Of a stretch of 64,000 nucleotides of DNA, positions 48,591 to 58,531 are shown one piece after another. The notes beneath the pieces were generated by a model, which worked only from the letters and a program-made list of their open reading frames with translations, had not been told where the DNA came from and did not search any database. Position 1 is the stretch's first letter; the number at the start of each line of letters is the position of its first letter. The translations under genes were made by a program, and so were the position numbers. The stretch is taken from contig JAOUEV010000003.1 of NCBI GenBank assembly GCA_029858565.1, positions 80,074-144,073 of the forward strand, given 5' to 3'. This DNA is from Nitrospirota bacterium (GTDB taxonomy: Bacteria; Nitrospirota; UBA9217).

Positions 48591-48639
48591 TTACGATTTC
48601 AGGATCTTTTCCGCCGCGATCTGGGCTTCGTGTACGCAG
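48591..48639 (-). repeat. duplicate of the hemY 3' end
   Basis: 43/49 identical to 49480-49528; encodes CVHEAQIAAEKILKS* versus CVHEAQIAAEKILKA*. Confidence 0.9.
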
Positions 48640-48645
48640 CTCCCG

Positions 48646-49212
48646 CTACCTCTTCAACGCCTGCGCTATCGATTGGAAAAGTTCAAGATACCGTGTGTCC
48701 AGCCCCTTGTCGAATTCCTCCAACCACGAAGAGATATATTTGGCATCATAGGCATGATTCTTGAGCAGGATCGACTTAATGTCTTCCATGTCCCGGGGTC
48801 TGCCTGCGATGATCTTATGAATCACAATGTCTTCAAGAGAGGCGAAAAAGACCGGGGCGGCATTCTCGATGCCGAAGGTGATGCTCTTTGCTCTCTTGAT
48901 GGCTTCCTGTTCGTAAGGCGAGAACGAAAACACGAAATCGATCCGTATGCCGCTCTTTTCCTCCAGGAGCGGGAGGACCATCGTTTTTCTGACAAAGGCC
49001 TCCGTATCATCGGTGAGCACCTTTAGATGAAGACGGCTGGCGAGTGCAAGAACGTTCCTGAACTTGTCCGGACCGATGCCGAGCGTTATATCGATGTCGC
49101 GGGTCAGCCTGGGCTCTCCATAGAGAAGGACCGCCTGGCCGCCGATGACCATGTAGGGGATGTCTGACGCCTTGAGTTCGCGGGCGAGGCTAGTGAGGAG
49201 TTCCTGGAACAC
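48646..49212 (-). CDS. nucleotidyltransferase (DUF6036/AbiEii-like)
   Basis: YMVIGGQAV..YGEPRLTRDIDI, RIDF, EDIVIHKIIAGRPRDMED. Confidence 0.88.
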   Translation of the reverse strand: MFQELLTSLARELKASDIPYMVIGGQAVLLYGEPRLTRDIDITLGIGPDKFRNVLALASRLHLKVLTDDTEAFVRKTMVLPLLEEKSGIRIDFVFSFSPYEQEAIKRAKSITFGIENAAPVFFASLEDIVIHKIIAGRPRDMEDIKSILLKNHAYDAKYISSWLEEFDKGLDTRYLELFQSIAQALKR

Positions 49213-49402
49213 TGTTCACGACCTTTGCGATCTGCACGATATTGTCGATGCCTTCGAAGGGATCCCCGGGCTGAAACAGGCCGAGCTGGAGGGCTTCCTG
49301 ATAGAGTGCGTCAACGATCCGGAAGTTCTGCTCGATATCGACCCGGCTGTTACTGATCAGGTCCCTCTCGAACGCCTCAAACGCTTTCGGATCTCGTATC
49401 AT
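49190..49402 (-). CDS. small hypothetical partner of the nucleotidyltransferase (putative antitoxin)
   Basis: 70-aa ORF overlapping the NTase start; GAGG RBS and TATAAT upstream. Confidence 0.75.
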   Translation of the reverse strand: MIRDPKAFEAFERDLISNSRVDIEQNFRIVDALYQEALQLGLFQPGDPFEGIDNIVQIAKVVNSVPGTPH

Positions 49403-49479
49403 ATGTCCAACCTCATGTTCATCGATGATCTGCGATGAACATATTATACCCTCTCTGGCGGAGGATTGCAGTCAAGACA

Positions 49480-50904
49480 TTACGCCTTCAATATCTTTTC
49501 CGCCGCGATCTGGGCCTCGTGCACGCAGTCGCCGATGCCGATGCCTTTGTAGGAGCAGCCGATCAGGTGTATCCCCGGGTGCTCCGCGACCTTCCGGTCA
49601 AGCAGGAACATCCGGTCCAGGTGGCCCACGGTGTACTTGGGCATGCCGTTGAACCAGCGATAGACCTTCGAGAACTGCGCGTCTGCTTTGAGCCCCAGGA
49701 CCGTGTCCAGCTCTTCCAGCGCCATGCTGATTATCCCGGCGTCATCCAGCTCGTGCACCAGTTCCTCGTGATGCCCGCCGCCGACGAACACGCGCACCAT
49801 GACCATGTCGTCGGGCGCGCGGTAGGACCATTTGATCGAACTGTAGGTCGTGGCGTTGATCCTGCGGTTCTCGACGCGGGGAATGATGAAGCCGAATCCT
49901 TTGAGCGGGACACTGACGTCGTTGCGCTTGAACGCGAGGGTCACGGTGCCTGAAGAGGACCACTGGATCGCCCGCAACTGTGACGCCAGGCCCGGATCGA
50001 AGTTCTTGATCATTTCCGCGGAGTCGTAGGCTGATGACGCGAACATGACATGGTCCGCATCAAGCTTCTCACCGCTGTCCAGTATGACCACATAGCCTTT
50101 GCCCTTCGGCTCGATCGATTTTACGACAGCGCCAAGGCGGATAGAGTCCTTTCCAATGGCATCGGCGCAGGCCTGCGGCAGGGTCTCCATGCCCTTCTTG
50201 AAGCTCATGAAGTAGGTCATGCGCGCCTGCCCGGGTTTTGGCGGCGGGCCGCTCAGCGTGGCATGGGGCCGGCTCTTCATGGCATCGACCATGCCGCGGA
50301 TCAGGCTGCCGCTCTTTTGCTCCATCTGGACAAAACGCGGGAAGGTGGCCAGAACGCTCATGTTGTCGGGATTCGAGGTATGGATGCCCGCGACGAGCGG
50401 TTCCGCAATTTTCTCGAGGCATTCACGGCCGAGACGGCGCGTTACAAAGGATGCGAGGCTTTCGTCACCGCGCTCTCTCCGGCGCGGCATGAACATCTCC
50501 ATGCCCATGCGGAGCTTGCCGGGCCACGAAATGAGGCTTGATTTTGCCATGGGCCAGAACGAGGTGGGGACCATCAGCATCACGCCCTCGGGAAGGGAGT
50601 GGAGCCTCTTCCTGGAGTAAATGAATGTCCCTTTGAACTTGTCGTTGGACGGGAGCATCTCCGGCTCAAGACCGAGATGCCGCGCGAGATTCACGGTCCA
50701 GACCTTTTCCGGGAGGAAGCTGTCCGGTCCGCCTTCGACAAGGTAGTCGCCGATCTTTTCGGTGAGGATCTTGCCGCCGATGCGCTGGTTCCGTTCAAGC
50801 ACCAGCACATCCACGGTTTTGTCATGGGCCTTGGCGCCGGCCTTCAGGTGGACCGCAGCAGCCAGGCCGGCGATCCCGCCGCCGACGATGATGATTTTTG
50901 GCAT
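49480..50904 (-). CDS. hemG: HemY-type protoporphyrinogen/coproporphyrinogen oxidase
   Basis: IVGGGIAGL, EGGPDSF, DESLASFVTRRLG, GFGFIIP, MPKYTVGH, GIGIGDC. Confidence 0.93.
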   Translation of the reverse strand: MPKIIIVGGGIAGLAAAVHLKAGAKAHDKTVDVLVLERNQRIGGKILTEKIGDYLVEGGPDSFLPEKVWTVNLARHLGLEPEMLPSNDKFKGTFIYSRKRLHSLPEGVMLMVPTSFWPMAKSSLISWPGKLRMGMEMFMPRRRERGDESLASFVTRRLGRECLEKIAEPLVAGIHTSNPDNMSVLATFPRFVQMEQKSGSLIRGMVDAMKSRPHATLSGPPPKPGQARMTYFMSFKKGMETLPQACADAIGKDSIRLGAVVKSIEPKGKGYVVILDSGEKLDADHVMFASSAYDSAEMIKNFDPGLASQLRAIQWSSSGTVTLAFKRNDVSVPLKGFGFIIPRVENRRINATTYSSIKWSYRAPDDMVMVRVFVGGGHHEELVHELDDAGIISMALEELDTVLGLKADAQFSKVYRWFNGMPKYTVGHLDRMFLLDRKVAEHPGIHLIGCSYKGIGIGDCVHEAQIAAEKILKA

Positions 50905-50920
50905 AGTGATTTTACAAAAA

Positions 50921-51011
50921 AGGATTAGAAAGGAAGAGAAAGGATTACAGGATCAGAGGATTAGCAGAAAACAGCTGCTTAATCCTTAATCCTCCAGCCC
51001 TTTAATCCTTG
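50921..51011. repeat. AGGATTA/TAATCCT inverted-repeat element
   Basis: aggattagaaaggaagagaaaggattacaggatcagaggattag ... ttaatccttaatcctccagccctttaatccttg. Confidence 0.7.
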
Positions 51012-51012
51012 T

Positions 51013-52311
51013 TCAGCTCCGCAAGTATTCGCTGATCTTGTCCCGCAGCGTGGTGAAGACCCACTCGAACTTCTGGTCGTCAGATTCGAGGAGTGTGACC
51101 CGGAACCCCTGCAGGCTGCAGTTGAATCCGGTGAGCGGTACGACGCAGATGCCGGTTGCCGCAAGGAGGTAGTAGACGAACCGTTTGTCCAGGGCAACGT
51201 CCTTGACGAGTTGCTCGACCCTGATCTTTGCTTGTCCATTCGGGACCGGAAGCTTCTGATCCGGCCGGAGGGATCCGTTCTCGAACATGACCGTGAGGTA
51301 GAAGGCGCCGTTCGTCTGGTTCACCAGGATGCCCTTCACGTCCTTCAACAGGTCATAGGCGAGACGGGACCTTTTTTCATAGGCGGTGTTCCTCTGTGCA
51401 ATATGACCCGGATACCTGCTGTCCCCCATGATGGCGGGGATGACCTTCTGCGGCAGGGTGGTGGAACAGACCTCAAGCATCTTGTCATCCACGATGCTCT
51501 TGATGTACTTGGAGAAGACCGGGTCCTTGGCCGAGTTGTAGACCTCGATCCAGCCGCAGCGGGCGCCTGGCCAGGGCAGTTCCTTGGAGATCCCCTTCAT
51601 GGACATGCCGCAGACGCCGTTGATCACGTCTGCAAGTGGCGTGGACTTCTTGCCGTTGTAGGTCAGATTGATATAGATCTCGTCACAGACCACGAACAGG
51701 TCGTATTCCCGGGCGATGGCAACGATCTCCTGGAGCACGTCCTTGGGATACACTGCGCCCGTGGGGTTGTCCGGATTGATGACCAGGATGCCGGAGATGG
51801 CGGGGTTGTACTTCACCTTCATCCGGAGGTCGTTCAGATCAGGATACCAGTGATTGTGCGGATCAAGATTGTAGGAAATGTACTCGGCCCCGGCATGGGA
51901 AGCCTCGGCGGACGAGTGGGTGCTGTACGCCGGGCTCGGTCCGATGACGCGGTACTCTTTCCGCAGCTGGCCGTAGATCTTGCTGATGGCGTCGCCCAGG
52001 CCGTTGAAGAAGATGATGTCCTCTTTTGTGATCTTGACCACGCCGTTCTTGTTCGCCCGCTGGGCAAGGAACTCCCGCGTCGCATCCAGTCCCTTGGTGG
52101 GGGAGTAGGCGTAGGAAAGGTCTTCTTTCATGGCGCCGGTGATCAGCTCCTTGATCCAGTCGGGCAGCTTCTCGCCCTTCTGAACAGGATCGCCGATGTT
52201 CTCCCAGGTAATGTCGATGCCGAACTGCTGGAATTCCTTGGCAACGGCGACGATCTCGCGGATCTCATACTTGAGTTCGTCGGCGCCGAGGGATACGATA
52301 TTGTTTCTCAT
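51013..52311 (-). CDS. class I/II PLP-dependent aminotransferase (AlaA-like)
   Basis: NIGDP, YSPTKG, INPDNPTG, DEIY, GISKELPWPGARCGW. Confidence 0.92.
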   Translation of the reverse strand: MRNNIVSLGADELKYEIREIVAVAKEFQQFGIDITWENIGDPVQKGEKLPDWIKELITGAMKEDLSYAYSPTKGLDATREFLAQRANKNGVVKITKEDIIFFNGLGDAISKIYGQLRKEYRVIGPSPAYSTHSSAEASHAGAEYISYNLDPHNHWYPDLNDLRMKVKYNPAISGILVINPDNPTGAVYPKDVLQEIVAIAREYDLFVVCDEIYINLTYNGKKSTPLADVINGVCGMSMKGISKELPWPGARCGWIEVYNSAKDPVFSKYIKSIVDDKMLEVCSTTLPQKVIPAIMGDSRYPGHIAQRNTAYEKRSRLAYDLLKDVKGILVNQTNGAFYLTVMFENGSLRPDQKLPVPNGQAKIRVEQLVKDVALDKRFVYYLLAATGICVVPLTGFNCSLQGFRVTLLESDDQKFEWVFTTLRDKISEYLRS

Positions 52312-52426
52312 GTGTGGGTACCCTACCAGTGGATTTCAACGAAAAAGGTGCAGGAACGTGATGTCCGGTGATGAACCGCGACTCCCGACACCAGGTTTCA
52401 CTTATTCGTCCGAGGCGGACCTTCCG

Positions 52427-53326
52427 TCAGCAGGCTTTCCTGACTATGTCCGCGAGCGCCTTGATGAAGAAAAGCGATGAGTTCAGCGACTCTGCGCGTT
52501 CGAAAATGAGTCCCAGGGATTCGGCATGTCTGCGGTGCACGATGTCGATGTCGTAGAGCGTCTCCATGTGATCGCAGGTGAAGCCCAGCGGTACTTCGAG
52601 CACGAATTGGCTCTTCTTCTCCGCGGAGATCATTTCGATGATGGTCTCGACCTCCGGCTCGAGCCAGGGCTCGGTCGCCCGGGCTCCCTTGCTCTGCCAG
52701 GCGATATACCAGCGCTGGAGCGCCATGTTCCTGGCGATGCGCTGGGCTGTCTCCTCGATCTGGCTCCGGTAGGGATCTCCGGCCTGAATATAGCGTACCG
52801 GGATGCTGTGGCTGGTGAAAATGATCGCTGCGTGCTTGCGCAATGTTTCGCGATAGCGCTTCAACCCGTGGAAGATCCTATCCTGCCAGGCTTCGATGAA
52901 AAGCGGGTGATTGTGCCAGCTGGGGATGAACTTCTTCGCGACCTTGCCGTCACCCAGGGGTGTAAAGGATTCACGGTACAGGCCGGTGGTCACGACGGTC
53001 TCGTAGGGCGACATCGAAAGGCCGATGACGCTGGTGGCTCCGTTGGTCATGGCCGTGTCGAATGCTTCCGCGATCGAGGGCGATGAATATTGGAATCCCG
53101 GGTAGACCCAGAATCCGCTGCCCAATTCGCGCTGGAGCGCGGCCGCCTGGGCGGCGACGAGCTCGGGAAGCGGCGACCTGCCGCCGATGAGCTTGTAGCG
53201 CTCGGTAATGGCGTCGATGACCGGCTGCGGCGCGGGCTTGCCCATGAAGGCGCTCATGAACGGCCCGATCTCGTTCAGATGCCTCGGTCCTCCGAGGGCT
53301 ATGAGTATGACGGCGGTATGGGACAT
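52427..53326 (-). CDS. hemH: ferrochelatase
   Basis: LGGP, YKLIGGRSP, FTSHSIP, AWQS, WLEP, GFTCDHMETLYDID. Confidence 0.94.
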   Translation of the reverse strand: MSHTAVILIALGGPRHLNEIGPFMSAFMGKPAPQPVIDAITERYKLIGGRSPLPELVAAQAAALQRELGSGFWVYPGFQYSSPSIAEAFDTAMTNGATSVIGLSMSPYETVVTTGLYRESFTPLGDGKVAKKFIPSWHNHPLFIEAWQDRIFHGLKRYRETLRKHAAIIFTSHSIPVRYIQAGDPYRSQIEETAQRIARNMALQRWYIAWQSKGARATEPWLEPEVETIIEMISAEKKSQFVLEVPLGFTCDHMETLYDIDIVHRRHAESLGLIFERAESLNSSLFFIKALADIVRKAC

Positions 53327-53407
53327 ATAAAGTCAGTCGTAAGGGGTAAGCGAGAAGCGCTTGGCGTATGCTCTTAACTCCAGCCCTTTAAACTCTCCAG
53401 CCCTTCC

Positions 53408-54439
53408 TTATCTTTTGCTGAGTTCGTGCGTCGCGTTGATGAACTCCGCCGCGTTCTCGAGCGGTGTTTGCTGCAGGATGCCATGGCCGAGGTTCATGAT
53501 GTGGCCGTTGCGGTTGCCGGCGCGGTCAAGGATGTCCTTGGTGCGTTTCCTGATGAACTCCTTGGACCCGAAGAGCGAAATGGGGTCGATGTTCCCCTGA
53601 ACGGCCTTGTCCTCGCCCACGCGCTTCCATGCCTCGTCGAGGTTGCAGCGCCAGTCGAGTCCGATCACATCGCCGCCGGCCTCGGATACCATCTCGAGGA
53701 GGTGGGTCGCGCCATGGGCGAAATGGATGAGCGGGACGGTCTTCTTGATTCCGGCGATCACGTTCTTCTGATGGGGAAGAACGAACTCGCGGTAGTCCTG
53801 CGGCCCGAGCGCCCCGACCCAGGAGTCGAAGAGCTGGACCACCTGCACACCCGCGTCGATCTGGGCGTTCATATAGTTGATGATCACTCCGGTCAGATGT
53901 TCCATGAACTTATGCCAGGTCTTGGGTTCGGCGAACATCATGGCCTTGGCATGCTCGTAGTTCCGCGAGCCGCCGCCTTCGATGATATAGCTCGCCAGGG
54001 TAAAGGGGGCGCCTGAGAAGCCAATGAGCGGCACCTTGCCGTTCAGTTCCTTCAGCACGATCTTGATGGCCTGCATAAGGTAGCTGATCTGGGTCGCGGC
54101 ATCGATGGGCTTGAGCTTCTCCACGTCGGCCATCGAACGCACGGGATTGTGGATCACCGGTCCCTCGCCCTTGGCGAACTCAAGACCGATGCCCATGGGT
54201 TCGAGCGGCAGCAGGATATCGGCGAAAATGATCGCTGCATCGATCTCATAACGCCGGACCGGCTGGACCGTGACCTCAGCGGCAAGCTCCGGTGTCTTGC
54301 ACATCTCGAGGAACGTGTGCTTCGCGCGGATCTCGCGGTATTCCGGAAGGTACCGTCCTGCCTGGCGCATCATCCAGACGGGCGTGCAGTCCACAGGCTT
54401 CCTGCGGCAGGCGTTCAAAAATCTATCAGCTCTCGACAT
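53408..54439 (-). CDS. hemE: uroporphyrinogen decarboxylase
   Basis: PVWMMRQAGRYLPEY, DAAIIFADIL, LIGFSGAPFTLASY, QLFDSW, NLGHGI. Confidence 0.98.
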   Translation of the reverse strand: MSRADRFLNACRRKPVDCTPVWMMRQAGRYLPEYREIRAKHTFLEMCKTPELAAEVTVQPVRRYEIDAAIIFADILLPLEPMGIGLEFAKGEGPVIHNPVRSMADVEKLKPIDAATQISYLMQAIKIVLKELNGKVPLIGFSGAPFTLASYIIEGGGSRNYEHAKAMMFAEPKTWHKFMEHLTGVIINYMNAQIDAGVQVVQLFDSWVGALGPQDYREFVLPHQKNVIAGIKKTVPLIHFAHGATHLLEMVSEAGGDVIGLDWRCNLDEAWKRVGEDKAVQGNIDPISLFGSKEFIRKRTKDILDRAGNRNGHIMNLGHGILQQTPLENAAEFINATHELSKR

Positions 54440-54546
54440 CCTCTATCTCCCTGAATAAACAAAGTAAATATAGCACAATTATCGGCAATATGAGTTGTTA
54501 TAATAGTCTTTTGTACGCGAAAAGACAAGGGAATTTTGGCGGGGAG

Positions 54547-55062
54547 CTACAATCTCAGTGCCATCCGGAAATCATCCATCACAAAGCCGTTTCCGATGTC
54601 ATTGGCCACTGCTTCGGCCTTGAAGAATCCGAATCTCTCGTAAGCAGTAATGGCCTTGGTATTGTTCTTGTTCACGAAAAGGTAGATCAGCACGGCCCCC
54701 ATCTTCTGCGCGTCATCTTTTACGCAGCCGAGCATCTGTTGTCCGAGACCTTTGCCATGCAGTTCCGGAAGGAGATAGAGCTTGCTGATCCTGACGGCCT
54801 GCTCTGCCGGTTCGTGCGCATAGGCGATAAATCCGACCGGCCGGTCCTCTTCCTGGGCGATGATATAGCGGTATCCCTGCGCGCCGATCTCCCTGCGAAG
54901 AACGTCGGCTGTGTACATCTTTTCGAGCATGTAATCGATCTGGCTGCGGGAGATGATGCCGGGATAATGGTCGCGCCAGATGCGGGTTGCAAGGTCCCGG
55001 ATGAGCGGGATATCCCGGATGTCAGCAGGTCGAAAGGCGATGGGCGAGCGGTTTCGCATCAT
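54547..55062 (-). CDS. GNAT N-acetyltransferase
   Basis: QIDYML, ISKLYLLPELHGKGLG, VNKNNTKAITAYERFGF. Confidence 0.9.
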   Translation of the reverse strand: MMRNRSPIAFRPADIRDIPLIRDLATRIWRDHYPGIISRSQIDYMLEKMYTADVLRREIGAQGYRYIIAQEEDRPVGFIAYAHEPAEQAVRISKLYLLPELHGKGLGQQMLGCVKDDAQKMGAVLIYLFVNKNNTKAITAYERFGFFKAEAVANDIGNGFVMDDFRMALRL

Positions 55063-55068
55063 GCCGCC

Positions 55069-55836
55069 TTACTCTTTCTGACGGAAGGACAGGGCGGCCA
55101 GGATGATCATAATGAAGGCAAGGATTGTCACGACAAGAAGGTCGACCGCAAGGGGGAACTCGGGGCCAAGGGGTGGCGCTGAGTTGCGGAGCAGCACATG
55201 CTTGAAGGCGTCAATGCCGTAGGTAAGCGGATTGACATGGGTCAGGTAGCGAAGTGCTGTCGGCAGGGAGGTGACCGGATACATGGCGCCCGACAGGAAC
55301 AGCATGGGCATCACCAGGAAGTTCATAATGATGTTGAACCCGTCAAAAGAGGTCAGGCGCGCCGCGATCAGTATCCCGAGCGAGGTAATGCAGAAGGAAA
55401 CGAGGATCGACACCAGCACGACCTCGATGAACTGCAGGACCGTCAGATGGATCCCGAGAAAGGGGATCAGGACCATGATGATGACGGCCTGGGCAACGGA
55501 GATGAACGTTCCGGAGATGGCCTTGCCGATGACGATCGAGACGCGGGAGATCGGCGCCACGAGCATCTCTTTCATGAACCCGAACTCGCGGTCCCAGACA
55601 ATGGAGATGGAAGAAAAGATCGACGAGAACAAAATGGTCATGCCGATCATGCCGGGAAAGATGAACTGGAGGTAGGAGAACCCCACCTGGGGCCTGATGA
55701 GCGAGTTCATCCCGTTCCCGACAACAAAGAGCCAGAGCACCGGCCGGGCGAGCGTGCCCAGGAGGCGGCTCTTCTCGCGGAAGAACTTTTTGAACTCCCT
55801 GAGGCAGATGACGTAGATGGGCCTGAACTGGATCAT
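55069..55836 (-). CDS. ABC-2 type exporter permease (DrrB-like)
   Basis: YLQFIFPG, DREFGFMKEMLVAPISR, FLSGAMYP, NPLTYGID. Confidence 0.92.
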   Translation of the reverse strand: MIQFRPIYVICLREFKKFFREKSRLLGTLARPVLWLFVVGNGMNSLIRPQVGFSYLQFIFPGMIGMTILFSSIFSSISIVWDREFGFMKEMLVAPISRVSIVIGKAISGTFISVAQAVIIMVLIPFLGIHLTVLQFIEVVLVSILVSFCITSLGILIAARLTSFDGFNIIMNFLVMPMLFLSGAMYPVTSLPTALRYLTHVNPLTYGIDAFKHVLLRNSAPPLGPEFPLAVDLLVVTILAFIMIILAALSFRQKE

Positions 55837-56816
55837 CGCTGGGCCCTCCGGTGGCTGCGTACGAACTCGCGCGTTACCTCCTTGTCGTCGGAGAGCACGT
55901 CGTCACGGATGGTGCGGCCCGTGAGCTTCAGGAACACATCATTCAAGGTCGGCTTCCGGAGGTTCACGGACTTTACCTGGATCGACAGGCTGTGGATAAG
56001 GCGGGGGATGAACTCTTCTCCTTTTTCGGTCTCGATGAAGAGGCCGCCGTTCTCGGCATGACAGAGGATGTCAAAGGTCTTCGCGATCTCGGCGCAGGCC
56101 TTTTCATTGTCTTCGGTCACCAGATGGATCGTGTCGCCATGGACCAGTCGTTTGAGATTTTCCGGCGTGTCCAGGGCGATGATCTTGCCATGGTCCATTA
56201 TGGCGATGCGGTCGCAGTTCTCCGCCTCTTCCATGTAATGGGTGGTCATGAACACAGTGATCTTTTCCTGCTTGCGCAGGGTGGTGATGAAGTCCCAGAT
56301 GGTGTTCCGGGTCTGGGGATCGAGGCCCAGGGTGGGCTCGTCCAGGAACAGGACCCGGGGATAGTGGAGGAGCCCCCGGGCGATCTCAAGCCTCCGCTTC
56401 ATGCCGCCGGAGAAGTTCTTGATGAGGTCGTGCTTCCGATTGGTCAGTTCCACGACCGAGAGCATCTCATCGATGCGCTTTTCGGTCAGCTTCCTGTCGA
56501 GATTATAAAGATAGGCGTGGAACTTGAGGTTCTCATAGGCGGTAAGGCCCGTATCGAGTGTGGTGTCCTGAAAAATGAGGCCGATGGAGGAGCGTACCTC
56601 GTCGGGCCGCTTCACACAGTCATATCCCGCGATGGATGCTTCGCCGCCCGTGGGCAAATGCAGCGTGCAGAGGATGTTGATGGTCGTGGTCTTGCCCGCG
56701 CCGTTCGGACCGAGAAACCCGAAAACCTCGCCCTCGTTCACCGAGAACGATACGCCGTCAACGGCCGTGAGGGTCTTGAATTTCTTGGTCAGGTTGTTGA
56801 CGGAAATAATTGACAT
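55833..56816 (-). CDS. ABC exporter ATP-binding protein (DrrA-like)
   Basis: GPNGAGKTT, FSGGMKRRLEIA, LFLDEPT, TTHYMEEA, PTLNDVFL. Confidence 0.94.
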   Translation of the reverse strand: MSIISVNNLTKKFKTLTAVDGVSFSVNEGEVFGFLGPNGAGKTTTINILCTLHLPTGGEASIAGYDCVKRPDEVRSSIGLIFQDTTLDTGLTAYENLKFHAYLYNLDRKLTEKRIDEMLSVVELTNRKHDLIKNFSGGMKRRLEIARGLLHYPRVLFLDEPTLGLDPQTRNTIWDFITTLRKQEKITVFMTTHYMEEAENCDRIAIMDHGKIIALDTPENLKRLVHGDTIHLVTEDNEKACAEIAKTFDILCHAENGGLFIETEKGEEFIPRLIHSLSIQVKSVNLRKPTLNDVFLKLTGRTIRDDVLSDDKEVTREFVRSHRRAQR

Positions 56817-56837
56817 TATTAATTTTGAAAAAAGGTT

Positions 56838-58526
56838 TTACCAGTCGATTTTGTTTTTCGGCACGTACCACTTGTTGAAGTTGTACATGATCCCGAGCGG
56901 CGCGACCGCAATGCCCTTGAACCGCTTGTGCACGATCGGCGTTGCATCGGGCACGTACAGGAACGCGTAAGGCTGCTCGTCCGCCAGGATCTCATGGATC
57001 CGGTAGTAGATCTTTTTTCGTCTTTCGATGTCAAAGGTCCTGCGACCTTCCACCAGTAACCGATCGACTTCCGGATTTTTATAGCCGATGAAATTATATT
57101 CACCTTTTCTGGTCTTGCTGGAGTGCCAGATGTCATACAAGTCAGGATCCCGGCCCATGCTCCAGCCGAGGATGATGGCATCAAAGGTGTGCTTGTCGAT
57201 CTGCTCCAGGAAGGCCTGCCATTCCATGACCCGGATGTTCACTTCGATGCCGACCTTCCGGAGGTTCTGCTGGATGATCTCCGAAGCGCCGATGCGTTCC
57301 TTGTTCCCCTGGTTCGTCAGGATCGTGAACCGGAAAGGCCTGCCGTTCTTTTCCAGCACGCCGTCATTGTTCTCATCCTTCCACCCTGCTTCGGCAAGCA
57401 TGCGTTTCGCCCGCTCCGGATCATAGGGATAGGGCTGGATCTTCGGGTTGTATGCCCAGGATACATGGGAGAACGGTCCGGTGCAGGGCTGACCGATGCC
57501 GAGGAGTACACCTTCGATGATGCTTTTCCGATCTATGGCATAGGCAAGAGCCTGCCGCGTACGGGTTTCCGAAAAGAGCGGACTCGACAGATTGTATGAC
57601 ATATAGGTATAGGCGTTTGCAGGATAACGGAACTTGCGGTAGTTCTCCCTGATGCGTTTAGTCTCGCTTTTTCTCAGATACTGGAGCGGGTTCAGGCCCA
57701 TGAAATCCACTCCGCCCGACAGCAGTTCCTGGAACATGGTTGAAGAATCGGGAATGATCCTGTAGATGTACTGGTCGATTTTCGGTCTTCCTTCGAAGTA
57801 GCGCTCGTTCGCCTCGAGTACGATCTTCTGGCCGGCGACCCATTCCTTGAACCGGTACGGTCCCGTGCCCACGGGCTTGCGGTTGAACTCGTCGGTGTTG
57901 AGGTCCTTGCCCTCCAGAACATGCCTGGGGATCATGCCAATAGCCCAACTTTCAAGGGCCGGCGAAAAAGGTTCTTTGTAGATCACCCGGAATGTGTATC
58001 GGTCCAGTACTTCTGCTTTCGCGACATCCATGTACTGGCTGCTGAAAGGTGTTGCGACCTTGGGGTCCATCAATTTTTGGTAGGTGAAGAGGCAATCTTC
58101 GGCGGTGAACGGGGCGCCGTCGTGCCACTCGACACCCTTACGGAGATGGAAGGTGACGGTCTTGCCGTCAGGAGATATAGTCCACCTCTCGGCGAGGTCG
58201 CCGATTAGCTTGATGTCCTTGTCGTACTTGACGAGCCCGTTGAAGACCTGGTCGTTGATCGTCCCCGACGCACTGTCGGTGGCGATAATGGGGATCAGTC
58301 TTCGTGCGTCGCCGATGGAGCTGACAACAAAGGAATTGGGGTTCCGCTCGGGTTTTTGCACGCATGCGGGGAGAAAGAGCGCGGTAAGAAGAAGCAAAGC
58401 AAGGCCATTGAACCACAGAGGGCGCAGAGGACGGCATAAAGAAACAACAAAAGAAAGGTCCGGTTTTTTGGTTTTCCTCTGCGTCCTCTGCGGTGAAAAC
58501 AGGTTTTGCTCTTGTCTGGTCTTCAT
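56838..58526 (-). CDS. peptide ABC transporter substrate-binding lipoprotein (family 5)
   Basis: LPAC lipobox, GDLAERW, TFHLRKGVEWHDG.PFTAED, PVGTGPY; start uncertain because a repeat element lies in the 5' region. Confidence 0.9.
   Translation of the reverse strand: MKTRQEQNLFSPQRTQRKTKKPDLSFVVSLCRPLRPLWFNGLALLLLTALFLPACVQKPERNPNSFVVSSIGDARRLIPIIATDSASGTINDQVFNGLVKYDKDIKLIGDLAERWTISPDGKTVTFHLRKGVEWHDGAPFTAEDCLFTYQKLMDPKVATPFSSQYMDVAKAEVLDRYTFRVIYKEPFSPALESWAIGMIPRHVLEGKDLNTDEFNRKPVGTGPYRFKEWVAGQKIVLEANERYFEGRPKIDQYIYRIIPDSSTMFQELLSGGVDFMGLNPLQYLRKSETKRIRENYRKFRYPANAYTYMSYNLSSPLFSETRTRQALAYAIDRKSIIEGVLLGIGQPCTGPFSHVSWAYNPKIQPYPYDPERAKRMLAEAGWKDENNDGVLEKNGRPFRFTILTNQGNKERIGASEIIQQNLRKVGIEVNIRVMEWQAFLEQIDKHTFDAIILGWSMGRDPDLYDIWHSSKTRKGEYNFIGYKNPEVDRLLVEGRRTFDIERRKKIYYRIHEILADEQPYAFLYVPDATPIVHKRFKGIAVAPLGIMYNFNKWYVPKNKIDW
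58411..58497. repeat. CGCAGAGGA 9-mer inverted-repeat element inside the 5' end of the SBP gene
   Basis: aaccacagagggcgcagagga ... tcctctgcgtcctctgcggtgaa. Confidence 0.75.
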
Positions 58527-58531
58527 AATCG

